Part shown: positions 36,652 to 47,500 of the stretch, piece after piece
Layout of the letters: each line of letters begins with the position of its first letter
Position numbering within the stretch: the first letter of the stretch is position 1
NCBI GenBank assembly: GCA_052327205.1
Contig: CM126220.1
Coordinates: 10,788,001 to 10,852,000 of the forward strand
Source of the DNA: Somniosus microcephalus
Lineage: Eukaryota
DNA: 64,000 nucleotides
Reading direction: 5' to 3'
Program-made: the position numbers and the translations under genes
Notes under the pieces: generated by a model
The model's input: only the letters and a program-made list of their open reading frames with translations
Database searches by the model: none
Told to the model about the DNA's origin: nothing

Positions 36652-37280
36652 ATATAGGATATACGCCACAGAAACAGGCCATTCGGCCCAACCAGTCCAT
36701 GCTCCACTCGAGCCTCCTCCCGTCTTTCCTCATCTAAATCTATCAGCGTAACCCTCTATTCCCTTCTCCCTCATATGCTTGTCCAGCCTCCCCTTAAATG
36801 CATCTCTGCTATTCGCCTCAACCACTCTGCGAGTTCCACATTCTCACCACTCTCTGGGTAAAGTAGTTTCTTCTGAATTCCCTATTGGATTTCTTGGTGA
36901 CTCTCTTGTATTGATGGCCTCTAGTTATCCTCTTTCCCACAAGTGGAAACATTCTCTCTATATCCACTCTATCAAAACCTTTCATAATTTTAAAGACCTC
37001 TATTAGGTCATCCCTCAGCCTTTTTTCAAGAGAAAAGAGACCCAGCCTGTTCATCCTTCCCTGATATGTATACCCTCGTATTTCTGGTATCATCCTTGTA
37101 AATCTTCTCTGCATACTCTCCAGTGCCTCTATATCCTTTTTATAATATGGCGACCAGAACTGTACGCAGTACGCTAAGTGTGGTCTAACCAAGGTTTGAT
37201 ACAGGTTAAGCATAACTTCCCGACTTTTCAATTCTATCCCTCTAGAAATAAACCCTAGTGCTTGGTTTGCTTTTTTTACG
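36652..37280 (-). mobile_element. CR1 3' part (host of the PLE insertion)
   Basis: KKANQALGFISRGIE...LVRPHLAYCVQFWSP...FTQRVVRMWNS and tail ttgggccgaatggcctgtttctgtg. Confidence 0.92.
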
Positions 37281-37328
37281 TAAGAAGTCACACAACACCA
37301 GGTTATAGTCCAACAGTTTTATTTGAAA

Positions 37329-37365
37329 TCACAAGCTTTCGGAGCGCTGCTCCTTCGTCAGGTGA
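37329..37365 (-). ncRNA. Minimal type I hammerhead ribozyme motif in the PLE 3' pLTR
   Basis: UCAC-CUGACGA-A-GGAGC/AGC/GCUCC-GAAAGCUU-GUGA: stem I UCAC/GUGA, intact CUGANGA and GAAA, 5-bp stem II, palindromic AAGCUU in place of stem III, CUU triplet. Confidence 0.82.
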
Positions 37366-37554
37366 AGTGGAGAGATGCATAAAGACACAGTTTATATAGT
37401 CAGAGAATAATGCCAGATGATTACAGGTAATCTTTCTAACTGCCATTTATCACACCTCGGCAGAGAGATAATCACAGCAATCAAAGGTGTGAATGGTGTC
37501 CAAACAGGTCAGTCAGGAAAACATTACATCAAAGAACAATGAGGTGGGGTCACA

Positions 37555-37704
37555 AGGGGTCAAATGTTGCAGATGCTGGGGTCTGTATGAAAAACAAAAA
37601 ACAGACAAAAAAACATTTTTTTTGCTGGAAATCACAGCAGGTCCGGCTGCATCTGTGTAGAGAGAACAAGCCAACGACGACTCGAGTCTGGATGACCCTA
37701 CGTC
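37555..37704 (-). mobile_element. Second-family PLE pseudo-LTR nested directly after the PLE stop codon
   Basis: Minus strand: ctgacgtagggtcatccagactcg...ctctctacacagatgcagccggacctgctgtgatttccagca...ccagcatctgcaaca, homologous to the 50581-50681 type. Flanked by direct repeat AGGTGGGGT(C/T)ACA (37542-37554, 37705-37717). Confidence 0.75.
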
Positions 37705-37712
37705 AGGTGGGG

Positions 37713-39523
37713 TTACATGTAGCGTGACATGAACCCAAGATCCTGGTTGAGGCCGTCCTCATGGGTGCGGAACTTGGCTATCCGTTTCTGCTCTACGATT
37801 TTGTGTTGTCGTGTGTCTCGAAGGCCGCCTTGGAGAATGCTTACCCGAAGATCGGAGGCTGAATGTCCTTGACTGCTGAAGTGTTCCCCGACTGGGAGGG
37901 AACACTCCTGCCTGGCGATTGTTGCGCGGTGTCCGTTCATCCGTTGTCGCAGTGTCTGCATGGTCTCGCCGATGTACCATGCTCCGGGGCATCCTTTCCT
38001 GCAACGTATGAGGTAGACAACGTTGGCCGAGTCACATGAGGATGTACCATGTACCTGGTGGGTGGTGTCCTCACGTGTGATGATGGTATCTGTGTTGATG
38101 ATCTGGCATGTCTTGCAGAGGTTGCCGTGGCAGGATTGTGTGGTGTCGTGGTCGCTGTTCTCCTGAAAGCTGGGTAATTTGCTGCGAAAGATGGTCTGTT
38201 TGAGGTTAGGCGGCTGTTTGAAGGCGAGTAGTGGAGGCGTGGGGATGGCCTTAGCGAGGTGTTTGTCGTCATCGATGACATGTTGAAGGCTGCGAAGAAC
38301 ATGGCGTAGTTTCTCCGCTCCGGGGAAGTACTGGACGACGAAGGGTACTCTGTTGGTTGTGTCCCGTGTTTGTCTTCTGAGGAGGTCTATGCGATTTTTT
38401 GCTGTGGCCCGTCGGAACTGTCGATCGACGAGTCGAGCATCGTATCCCGTTCTTACGAGGGCGTCTTTCAGCGTCTGTAGGTGTCCATCGCGTTCCTCCT
38501 CATCTGAGCAAATCCTGTGTATTCGCAGGGCTTGTCCATAGGGGATGGCTTCTTTAACGTGGTTTGGGTGGAAGCTGGAGAAGTGGAGCATCCTGAGGTT
38601 GTCCGTGGGCTTGCGGTAGAGTGAAGTGCTGAGGTGTCCGTCTTTGATGGAGATTCGTGTGTCCAAGAATGAAACCGATTCTGAGGAGTAGCCCATGGTG
38701 AGTTTGATGGTGGGCTGGAATTTGTTGATGTTATCGTGTAGTCTTTTCAGTGATTCTTCGCCGTGGGTCCATAGGAAGAAAATGTCGTCGATGTATCTGG
38801 TGTATAGTGTTGGTTGGAGGTCCTGTGCAGCGAAGAAGTCTTGCTCGAACTTGTGCATGAAGATGTTGGCGTATTGGGGTGCGAATTTGGTCCCCATGGC
38901 TGTTCCGTGTGTTTGGCTAAAGAACTGGTTGTCGAAGGTGAAGACATTGTGGTCAAGGATGAAGCGGATGAGTTGTAGGATGACGTCTGGAGATTGGCTG
39001 TTGTTGGTGTTGAGTACTGAGGCTGTCGCAGCGATGCTGTCATCGTGGGGGATACTAGTGTAGAGTGCCGAGACGTCCATCATGGCGAGGAGTGTTCTTG
39101 GTTCGACTGGTCCGTGGGTGCTGAGTTTCTGCAAGAAGTCTGTAGTGTCGCGACAGAAGCGGGGGGTGCCCTGTACGATGGGTTTCAGGATGCCCTCGAC
39201 GTATCCAGAGAGGTTCTCACACAGGGTTCCGTTGCCTGATGCGATAGGACGTCCGGGTGTGTTGGCTTTGTGTATCTTTGGGAGGCAGTAGACGTCTCCC
39301 ACGCGGGGAGTACGTGGGATGAGAGCGCATAGGATGCTTTGAAGGTCTGGATCGAAGGTCTTGATCAGTCTGTTGAGTTGGCGGGTGTGTTCTTTGGTCG
39401 GATCTGCGGGTAACTGTCTGTAGTGTTCCTGGTTGTCCAGTTGTCGGTATGCTTCTTTGCAATAGTCCGTTCTGTTCTGTATGACGATGGCTCCTCCTTT
39501 GTCTGCTGGTTTGATGACGATGT
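37713..39523 (-). CDS. PLE polyprotein fragment: reverse transcriptase + Cys-rich linker + GIY-YIG endonuclease (~600 aa, no internal stops)
   Basis: IKPADKGG, YCLPKIHK, GRPI, MDVSALYTSIPH, GTAMGTKFAPQYAN, YIDDIF, FLD; linker CHGNLCKTC...C; NVVYLIRC...YIGET...RQRMNGHR...HF...E...GLN. N-terminus missing. Confidence 0.93.
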
Positions 39524-40345
39524 AATACCTCACATTTATCCGTGTTGAACTTCATTTGCCAATTATATGCCCATTCTGCAAGTTTATTAATGTTCTCTTG
39601 TAATTTGTTGCAGTCCTCCTCAATATTGACTCTTCTCCCCCAATTTGGTATCATCAGCAAATTTAGAAATTGCGTTTTTAATTCCAAAGTCTAAATCGTT
39701 GATGTAAATTGTGAACAGCAGTGATCCCAGCACTGATCCTTGTGGAACACCACTACCCACCTTCTGCCACTGTGAATAGCTACCCTTTACTACCACTCTC
39801 TGCTTTCTGTCTTGAAGCCAGCTAGCAATCCATTCTGCTACTTGTCCCCTGACTCCGCATTCTCTGACCTTATTCATTAGTCTATTTGGGGTACCTTAGA
39901 AGGCCTTTTGAAAATCTAGATAAATTACATCTACTACATTACCATTGTCTACCCTCTCTCTTACCTCTTCAAAAAATTCAATAAGGTTGGTCAAACAAGA
40001 TTTTCCCTTTTGAAATCCGTGCTGACTATTCATTATTATACTTTTTGTTTCTAGATGTTCTTCTATTCTCTCCTTTAGTAGGGATTCCATTATTTTTCCT
40101 ACCACTGATGTTAAACTGGTCTATAATTCCCTGGACATGTTCTATCCCCCTTCTTAAATATAGGTATTACATTAGCTGTCCACCAGTCCTCTGGCACTAC
40201 ACCTTTTTCTAATGAATTATTAAATATGTGTAGTAATGCCTCTGCTATCTCTTCCCTAGATTCTTTTAAAATGTGTGGATGCAATCCATCTGGACCAGGG
40301 GTTTTATCCTCTGAGTTTGATTTAGTTTATTTAATACATCCCCTT
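39520..40345 (-). mobile_element. CR1 5' part (same copy as 36652-37280)
   Basis: SQHGF...YLDFQKAF, SGVPQGSVLG...KFADDTKLG, QMKFNTDKCEVLH; frameshifted. Confidence 0.92.
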
Positions 40346-41255
40346 TTTAAAAAATTCATCCTAGTCCCTTTGTGATTACTGCAGCACTGAACTTAATGGA
40401 GCCTACTTTTCATACTTGCCCATATATGCATGCAAACATATACAAGCCTATTTACTGCCATACTACTCAGCGCTAAGTCTGCTTCATACCGATTGTCACG
40501 ACTGCCAACTGAACGTAAGTTGATATTTTCACTTTGATGGACACTTTGTGACTTTGCATAACTTCAGATTGCTTGGATCAGCATCACAAAGTCAAGTTAA
40601 GCTCTTTAAACTTAATTTGCTAGCTATTTTTTTTTAAATATATCATTAAGTGACTGTTGGGTAGAACAGTCCCCTCACTCAGCCATTCTAATATCAGGAT
40701 TGCATAACCCTCTTGCCAGTTAAGTGGTCACAAGTGTCACTTGAGAGTTGTTTTTCTTCAGTGTAGTCTCGGCCCCATTTTCAGTTGTCTCTGTATTGTT
40801 GGGCTTGGTTCATTTCATCACCCGCGGTGCATTCTGTAAAGTTCAAAAGCTGCTGTTGCCATAATTGGCTCTCCTACGCATTGTGGTAGAACCTATCACC
40901 TATCAAAATAATTTTGCCTTTCTTGCTGTTTTTTTCCCTTTGCCTTTTAATTATATGTAATAATAAAGCAGTAATCCAAAGTAGATCTTGCCAAACCTGA
41001 ACATAACGTATAATTTTTTTAACTAACAATAACAGTTTTGAATTACAGATGTGAGAAATTAATATTGGAAGAATCTGTCAAAACGGAAAAAGTCAAGTCA
41101 CACCTAACTTGTTTTTTTGTAAATTCTATTCATGTTAAATTATGGTAATTTGGTCCAAATAAGAGTTACAAGGTAGGCAGCTGTGCAGCAGGTACAATTA
41201 TAGAACCGCTCTGTGTTTAAAGTACTGTAATTTAATAATGACACTTTTTTTACAG

Positions 41256-41291
41256 ATTAAAAATTCAGCTGCAACTGTGTTAGGATTTCAA
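41256..41291 (+). CDS. Weak candidate micro-exon (36 nt)
   Basis: Acceptor acactttttttacag|, donor CAA|gtgagg; open only in phase 0 (IKNSAATVLGFQ). Confidence 0.28.
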
Positions 41292-41552
41292 GTGAGGAAA
41301 AATTACAAACATTTATCAGATGAAAGCACAGGATCATTCAACATGACAGTTTTGAGTGCTCTGGGAAGCATCTTTTTCCCCTTCACCCTGTGGACAAATG
41401 CAGTAATAAAGCAGATTAGTTAAATCTATGCTCTTTTTGTAAAGAATGTTAGGCTATTTGTGTGTTGCATAGCTATCAATCGATGGTTAAAGGTAAGGTT
41501 AATGGGGGCCGTATTGGGTGATTCAACACACTGCTTTTGAAAGATAATTCCA

Positions 41553-42214
41553 GCGGGCAAAAGTTTGGTCGCGCCCCCTTTGGGGCGCTAACTTCAGCGG
41601 GGTGCTGTTTTTAGCACTCCTGAAAAAGTTAGCGCCCCCGTGCCCGAAATTCAATGGTAGCGCCCCAAGGGGGAGGTGGGGCGTTACTGGATGCCCTCCC
41701 CGTCCCTCTTGGGGCGCTACCAGGGAATATAATGGCGCTATGTGCCGCAGCGCCATGCACGGCAGCATGTCGCGCCGCGGTACTGCAGGCCTTCCTCCCC
41801 TTATTAAAGGGGAGGGGCCTTGACCCGGGGCCCAGCTGGGCCACCAGGGATCGGGGTGGCGGCAAAAGAGCCCGGAGTGCTGGGCTAACGGATCGCAGCC
41901 AGCACCCGGCGGGGAGGACTGCAGGGGACGGCAGAGAGGGCAGGTGCTGGCAGGCGACCAGCAAAAAAAAATGGCCGCCTGGCACCTCCCCTTTAATTAT
42001 CGGCTCCCCGGCTGCACGTACGTCCCCCTGACCCTGTCGGACATAGCCATAGGCGCGGCGCCATGTGGCGCTAACGGTTATCGCCGTCGCTAACCTCCTG
42101 CTGAATTTCGCGGGAGGCGTTAGCGGTGCCACGCCCGAGCGCTAGTTACTTTGCGCCCATTTAGCACCCTCTTAGGGTGCTAGCGGAAGGCACAAAGCAA
42201 CCGAATTTTGCCCC
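41553..42214. mobile_element. GC-rich PIF/Harbinger-like MITE
   Basis: Termini gcgggcaaaagtttggt / accgaattttgcccc. Ends homologous to 21992-22883 in the opposite orientation; interior motif gcggtactgcaggcct...aagggga shared with 21069-21744. Confidence 0.78.
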
Positions 42215-44004
42215 CTAAATGTTTGGGAAGTGGGTACTGATCTACAGCATCAAGGCCCTGTCCTGTCCACAAACATAGTAGCTTGAGATGCTGTCATTTT
42301 TAAGAGGGAAGGGAATGACACCATAAAGATCAGATTCTGTTTTAACCTGTCTTGTGGGAAAGTTGATCCAATGAAAAATGATTACCTAACTCGGTTATTA
42401 ATTTTAAAAAGTACAGTTTTGACTTCCTAATTTATATATTGGATTAGTCTGATGTGTTTGCTATATGTGTAGCTCTGTGATGTTCAGTGTGTAGAGGTGT
42501 ACATTTCTTCAAGGGACTTTGCCCAATTTAGTAGTCATTATGGCTCAGAATTGTTTTGGTTTAGCCAAGCCCCTGTCATAGTTAATTATAGATGGCTGTG
42601 TCCATTGATATCTCTTCTTACACTGCTGACTGGTGCAAACGGGTCACTGGGCCAAGACTGGTTTTAATGCCAGTCTGAATCAGAAATGTTGGGGATTTTT
42701 GTAGCCATGAAGGCCTAAGGGAAAAACCAACAGTGAGGTTAAGGTTTCCCTATTTTTAAAACATTTTGCCAAAAGTAGCTCGGGTAAAGGCTTGAATTTT
42801 CCCATGTAAAAATTGCTGATGTAGCCAGAGATGACTGTCATTGGTTCAGACAGATTCCTGTTGTGCAGTTGCATATATTTGTCTTTCATCCCATATATTT
42901 ATTTGTATAAAAATGGTGAGCGTGTCCATCACAGGGGTTATAAGTGTCCAGCTGGTCCTGATCTCGGAGACCTGCAGCGGCACTCAGTTTTGCTGCCCAG
43001 CCTTTAGGAGCACAGGGCTGGGCCTGAGCCTCGAGTTCATCTTGGCCGTGAAAATGGCCTGGGTGACGAACAACATAGAGAACTGCATCTGCTCAGAAGT
43101 GGTGCACCTGTGGTGTACTGTGCCTGACGTGCCACCCGGAGAGGAAAATCTCCCCTCGCATTCCATACTATACATTAACAAATCAAAATTGAAAATAGAA
43201 GGAAAAGCAGTTATTTCCTGTTGGATTTTTTTTTACTTTGAGATAGCGTGGAGAAGTCGTTGAGGTAACCTGAAGTTGAAACTGCCAATTTAGAGAAAAA
43301 TCCCAACAATATTAATTGGCCTTCAATTGACCTCAGTACCAATTTGGACCACTTCCTCAAAAGGGAATACCTGACCAGTGGCCTTAAAGGGACCGAACAG
43401 GTTGGCAGTTAAATGTTACAACCATGTTTCAAATCCCATGTTCTCCATGAGCAATTCCATAGGAGATCAGCTAGTCAGGTTCCTATGAACTCTATATAAT
43501 TTTATTTGGCTGTATATTTATTATAACTGATCACTTTTTGCTTCAATTTTTGCAAACTATAAAATCCATTTTGTTGACGCTCTAGGTAAGATTTGGCGAG
43601 TATAGCTCTCATTGTTGCCTGACATTACCAGTAAATGGCTGAAATAAGGTTGAGAGCAATAAGCTGGTGCACCAAGTCTGGTGTAGCTCAAAGCGTGCAT
43701 GTCCAATCAAGTCCCTCCCTGTTTTTTTGTGCGAATGTCATGTTTATCAACATGAGGGACAGCAAAGCTGGAGAAAAGACCATTTTTCCCACTCTTTCAT
43801 TCAGTGTCAGCATCAAGCACTCCCAGATCAAGGCTTAGAGGTTATCACCCTAACTGTTCGGTATCCTCATCTCAGAAGAGTACCCCATATTGTATCAGTG
43901 CGAGATTGCTTGTTTTCTCACCCCAGCTATCCCTGGCGCCTATTTGAGTGACACTGTAATTTAATGCTAACTTATGGTTAGGGCAAATGATTTGTTGTGT
44001 CGAC

Positions 44005-44140
44005 CAATGTTCTCTGTAATTTTGTTTGGTGCTGCATGGGCCATTCAAAATACCGCGCATGCGCGGTCTTTCTCATTGAAAAGCCGGCTGCGCGAGGTCC
44101 CTGGTGTGCTGTGCGGCCGCGCAGCTTACAGGGAACGTTG
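44005..44140. mobile_element. hAT-type MITE (same family as 5438-5599)
   Basis: TIR caatgttctctgtaa / ttacagggaacgttg. TSDs GTGTCGAC (43997-44004) and GCATTGAC (44183-44190) both derive from GCGTCGAC by CpG decay, once the 44146-44181 insert is removed. Confidence 0.75.
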
Positions 44141-44145
44141 GCGTT

Positions 44146-44181
44146 ACCTGCTGAGTATTTCCAGCATTTCCTGTTTTTATT
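44146..44181 (+). mobile_element. 36-bp PLE pseudo-LTR 3' tip
   Basis: acctgctgagtatttccagcatttcctgtttttatt matches 50646-50681; flanked by ttggcgtt / ttggcatt. Confidence 0.7.
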
Positions 44182-44490
44182 GGCATTGACTGATCTGTTA
44201 TCACTCCGATCCCCTCAAACAGCATTTTCATTTCTTTTGGGACTTTGTAGGCAAAATTACAGTATTATGGTAGCAAATCACACTACATGCAGTAAATGTA
44301 GAAAATCACAAATTGAGCCATGCCAAAACACCTGTCCATATTACACTCTGTTATGATTTGTGGACTTGTTACTGAGGTTGAGGATGGCCAAACTTGTTTC
44401 ATTTTAGCATTGCAGAAAGAACATAGATGCATCCTTTCAGTCTGAATTTTAACCCAAGTTCGAGAGTTAAGAGTGGTGTTCAGACATATT

Positions 44491-45215
44491 GGGCTGGATT
44501 TTGTCAATGGGGGCGCGTTGGGGGCGGGACTGCTGGTTTTCTGGTTTCGGTCCTGCCCCCAATGACATCTGACCAACCCACGTTATTTTCCCTGTATTGA
44601 CCTGGTTAAGCCCTCCCTGCGGGCTTAGCCGGCCAATTAAGGGAAAGCCGGTGACAGAGGACATCAGCGTATGACGTTTCATCTATCTCAAATCTTTTGA
44701 CCGATGAATTGTCAGCATTTGACAGCTTTGAGAAGGTGTCAAACACTGACTATCTCTTTTCTAAGGTGAGCCCTTAGAACTGAAAATGCAGCAGCCATTC
44801 TGTCATCTCTGCCGTTGGGGTTGAAACCTGCAGGAAGATGCAAAGGTAAGTAAACTTTTTCTAACACTTTACACTCACCTCTCATACTTACCTCTCCACA
44901 CTTGCATTCATCACTCATCTCCACAGCGGACTTTTCGACCCCCACAGACCCACTGCTCGCCTCGCTGACCCTGGCGAGATTCGCAGCCGTCAAGAAGCCC
45001 GCACTTGTAGGGGTAAAATGGGGATAAGCCTCAAAACTGCCTGTTCACTACCTGTAAACAGGCAGTTAATTGGCTCTAATCCCCTTCCCGCCTCAAGGAG
45101 ACGGGCCCCTGCGCAACTCGGGGACCCGCCTCCCAGGAAGATGGCACGGAGGCGCTCCCAGTTTCTGCCATTTTCCTGGCAGTCCCGCCTCCCCAGGGCT
45201 GGGAAAATTCCCCCC
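44491..45215. mobile_element. PIF/Harbinger-like MITE
   Basis: Imperfect TIR gggctggattttg / gaaaattcccccc, subterminal ggcgggactgc / gcagtcccgcc, 3-bp TSD ATT (44488-44490, 45216-45218). Confidence 0.72.
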
Positions 45216-45377
45216 ATTGTGTCGACTAGTCCTGCTATCCTGTTCTTGAAGAACTCTTTACACTGCTTGTCTGATCTGAAACTGCCTCCATAGGTTTATG
45301 ATTTCCTCCTGTATGGAGAGCTGCTCTGTTTTGCACTAGATCTTGAGTGGGACAGCCATTAGCTGTATCCATGCACT

Positions 45378-45935
45378 TTTGGAATTCTCTACCTAACGCC
45401 ATTGAGGAGATGACGTATGAGGAGAGATTGGGTCGATTGGGCTTATACTCGCTGGAGTTTAGAAGAATGAGAGGGGATCTCATTGAAACTTATAAAATTC
45501 TAACAGGACTGGATGCAGGAAGGATGTTCCCGATGGCCGGGGAGTCCAGAACCAGGGGTCACAGTCTAAGGATAAGGGGTAGGCCATTTAGGACTGAGAT
45601 GAGGAGGAATTTCTTCACCCAGAGAGTGGTGAACCTGTGGAATTCTCTATCACAGAAGGCAGTGGAGGCCAATTCATTAAATATATTGAAGAAGGAGTTA
45701 GATATATTTCTTAAGGCTAAAGGGATCAAGGGATATGGGGAGAAGGCAGGGACAGGGTACTGAGTTTGGATGATCAGCCATGATCTCATTGAATGGCGGA
45801 GCAGGCTCGAGGGGCCGAATGGCCGACTCCTGCTCCTATCTTCTATGTTTCTGTTATTGTGGGAGCACCATCACCACAAGAACTGCAATGATTCAATGAG
45901 AAGGCCCACCACCACCTTCCCATGTCAACTAGGGA
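45378..45935 (+). mobile_element. Old RTEX-like LINE 3' fragment split by a CR1
   Basis: Removing 45405-45859 rejoins WNSLPNAI|VGAPSPQELQ*FNEKAHHHL, resembling an RTEX-type C-terminus recalled from memory. Confidence 0.55.
45405..45855 (+). mobile_element. 5'-truncated CR1, close relative of the full-length copy
   Basis: MTYEERL...YSLEFRR...KGIKGYGEKAGTGY*, 3'UTR and ttctatgtttctg tail; 4-bp TSD ATTG (45401-45404, 45856-45859). Confidence 0.92.
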
Positions 45936-45949
45936 AAAGAGAAAAGAAA

Positions 45950-46069
45950 AGTCTATGTTTCAGGTGAATGCTCTTCATCAGAATTGCCAAAGACTGCTTT
46001 AGAGTCTGAAATAAAAACAGAAAATGCTGGAAATACTCAGCAGGTCAGGCAGCATATGTGGAAAGAGTC
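45950..46069 (-). mobile_element. Degenerate hammerhead relic plus separate PLE pLTR tip
   Basis: 45950-45985 minus: AAUU-CUGAUGA-A-GAGCAUUCACCU-GAAACAUA-GACU. 46009-46069 is the reverse complement of the pLTR tail, flanked by ttagagtctg / ttagaatctg. Confidence 0.6.
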
Positions 46070-47084
46070 TTAGAATCTGCTGTGTAAAACTGGTTTCATG
46101 TTGTTGTGTATCCCAGGACAAAACAATAAATCTCCTTACTTCAACAGAATAGTAATTAGGAACAGGAATACTGGCAGATTTTATTTTTCACCTTGCTAGC
46201 TACATGTTTGATTAAGATTAGCTAGTCTTTAGCGCAGACCAGAATCTAACCTGGGACCTTCTGGTCTGTATGGCTATGATCTAAACTAGGCTGTGCCATT
46301 GCCCTCTAACCCAACATAGGAGCTTAAGGTATAATTAATCCTTTACTCAGAAATGCAATCCTCAGCCATGTTTTCGACAGTAAGCTTTTGTCAAAGTGGT
46401 ATCAGAGTATCGCCTGGTTCATGTGAACAGAAAGAAAGGCTTGCATTTATAGGTGTAGACTTCGTAACATTTTCATATGGTTATGTACTTGATAGTGCAA
46501 ACAAGGCGTAAGTGATTCAGACTGAGATTCAGATTACTTTTAAAGGTCAGTGTGAAGATGACACAGGATAACTTGAGTGCACTGACTGTTCCTCTCACTC
46601 CTCTTGAGTGTATGTTTTAATCCTGACAGAAGTTGTTGCACGTCATGCCTTTCTCACTTAAGAAAACATGTCCTTATTAGCCCTAAAAGGAGAAATCGGC
46701 CAGTGCCTCTGTGCAGGCATGCAGAGTTCATTTCAACTGTCTTCTCTGATTACACCGTTTCAATTCTCCCTTCTGACACATTTAGCTGCCCTGTTAGTTT
46801 GTAGGGTCTCTGGGGAATTTCACGGTTCTTATCTGTTGTTTTTTTTAGCCTTTTTCTAATCACTGAAACAACCTGCCTACTGGGCCTTTATCAACTGTCT
46901 GTCTAGCTGATGCAACAGGGATATGTGGGTAGACATTTCTGGGTTGAATGTTGTTCTCTACTGAAAGTTTCCAACCAGCCGATTGACCTTTCACCCGAAG
47001 AAGTGGTATCCATATTATAAAATAAACTACCTCGAGAGAGAGTAGTTTTCAAAAAGGGAATTCTGTACTTTTTTTAACTTTAAA

Positions 47085-47500
47085 TTTTCTCATCTTTTCT
47101 CTGCTGTTGAAGACATTGATTCTTCCTGGGGTACAATTCAATGTACGTTGAGAGCCCTCTAGAATACTGCCCATTTTTCATGAAAGAGCCTAGACGTTAA
47201 GTATCAGCAGGTTGTTCGATCATGTGAGCATCGCAGCTGAGTCCAATGTTGTCTGCATTCAACATTTGCATATTTTCCAGCATGTTTCACAGGATGGCAG
47301 TCATTAATAGGAAACTCTGGCAGATTTTATTTTCTACTTCGCTAACCAGCTGATTGGTGAGTGCCATAATCGCTAGTTTGGTTGAATTTAGCAGACCACG
47401 CGGTAAGGATCACAATCTAACCTGGGATCTTCTGCTCTGTATGGCTCCGACCTAAATCAAGCTGCGCCTTTACTCTCTAACCCATCAGAAGAGCTTAAAG
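47085..47500 (-). mobile_element. LF-SINE-like relic
   Basis: ggggtacaattc...gagcctagacgttaagtatcagcaggttgttcgatcatg...ttttccagca...aacctgggatcttctg. Similar relics at ~34585-34740(-), 46150-46320(-), 49200-49500(+), 57320-57420(-). Confidence 0.55.

Larger units (their letters stand above)
37281..39523 (-). mobile_element. Penelope-like element (Neptune-type), 5'-truncated
   Basis: RT + GIY-YIG ORF followed by 3' pseudo-LTR containing a hammerhead motif and AATAAA; CpG-rich, hence young. Confidence 0.95.

Noticed and set aside
39524-39533. Start MRYY of the 606-aa ORF, and the 39217..39687 ORF as a CR1-PLE fusion protein
   Set aside because: The start is a GTG in flanking CR1 sequence; the CR1 frame enters the PLE out of frame and the CR1 is itself broken.
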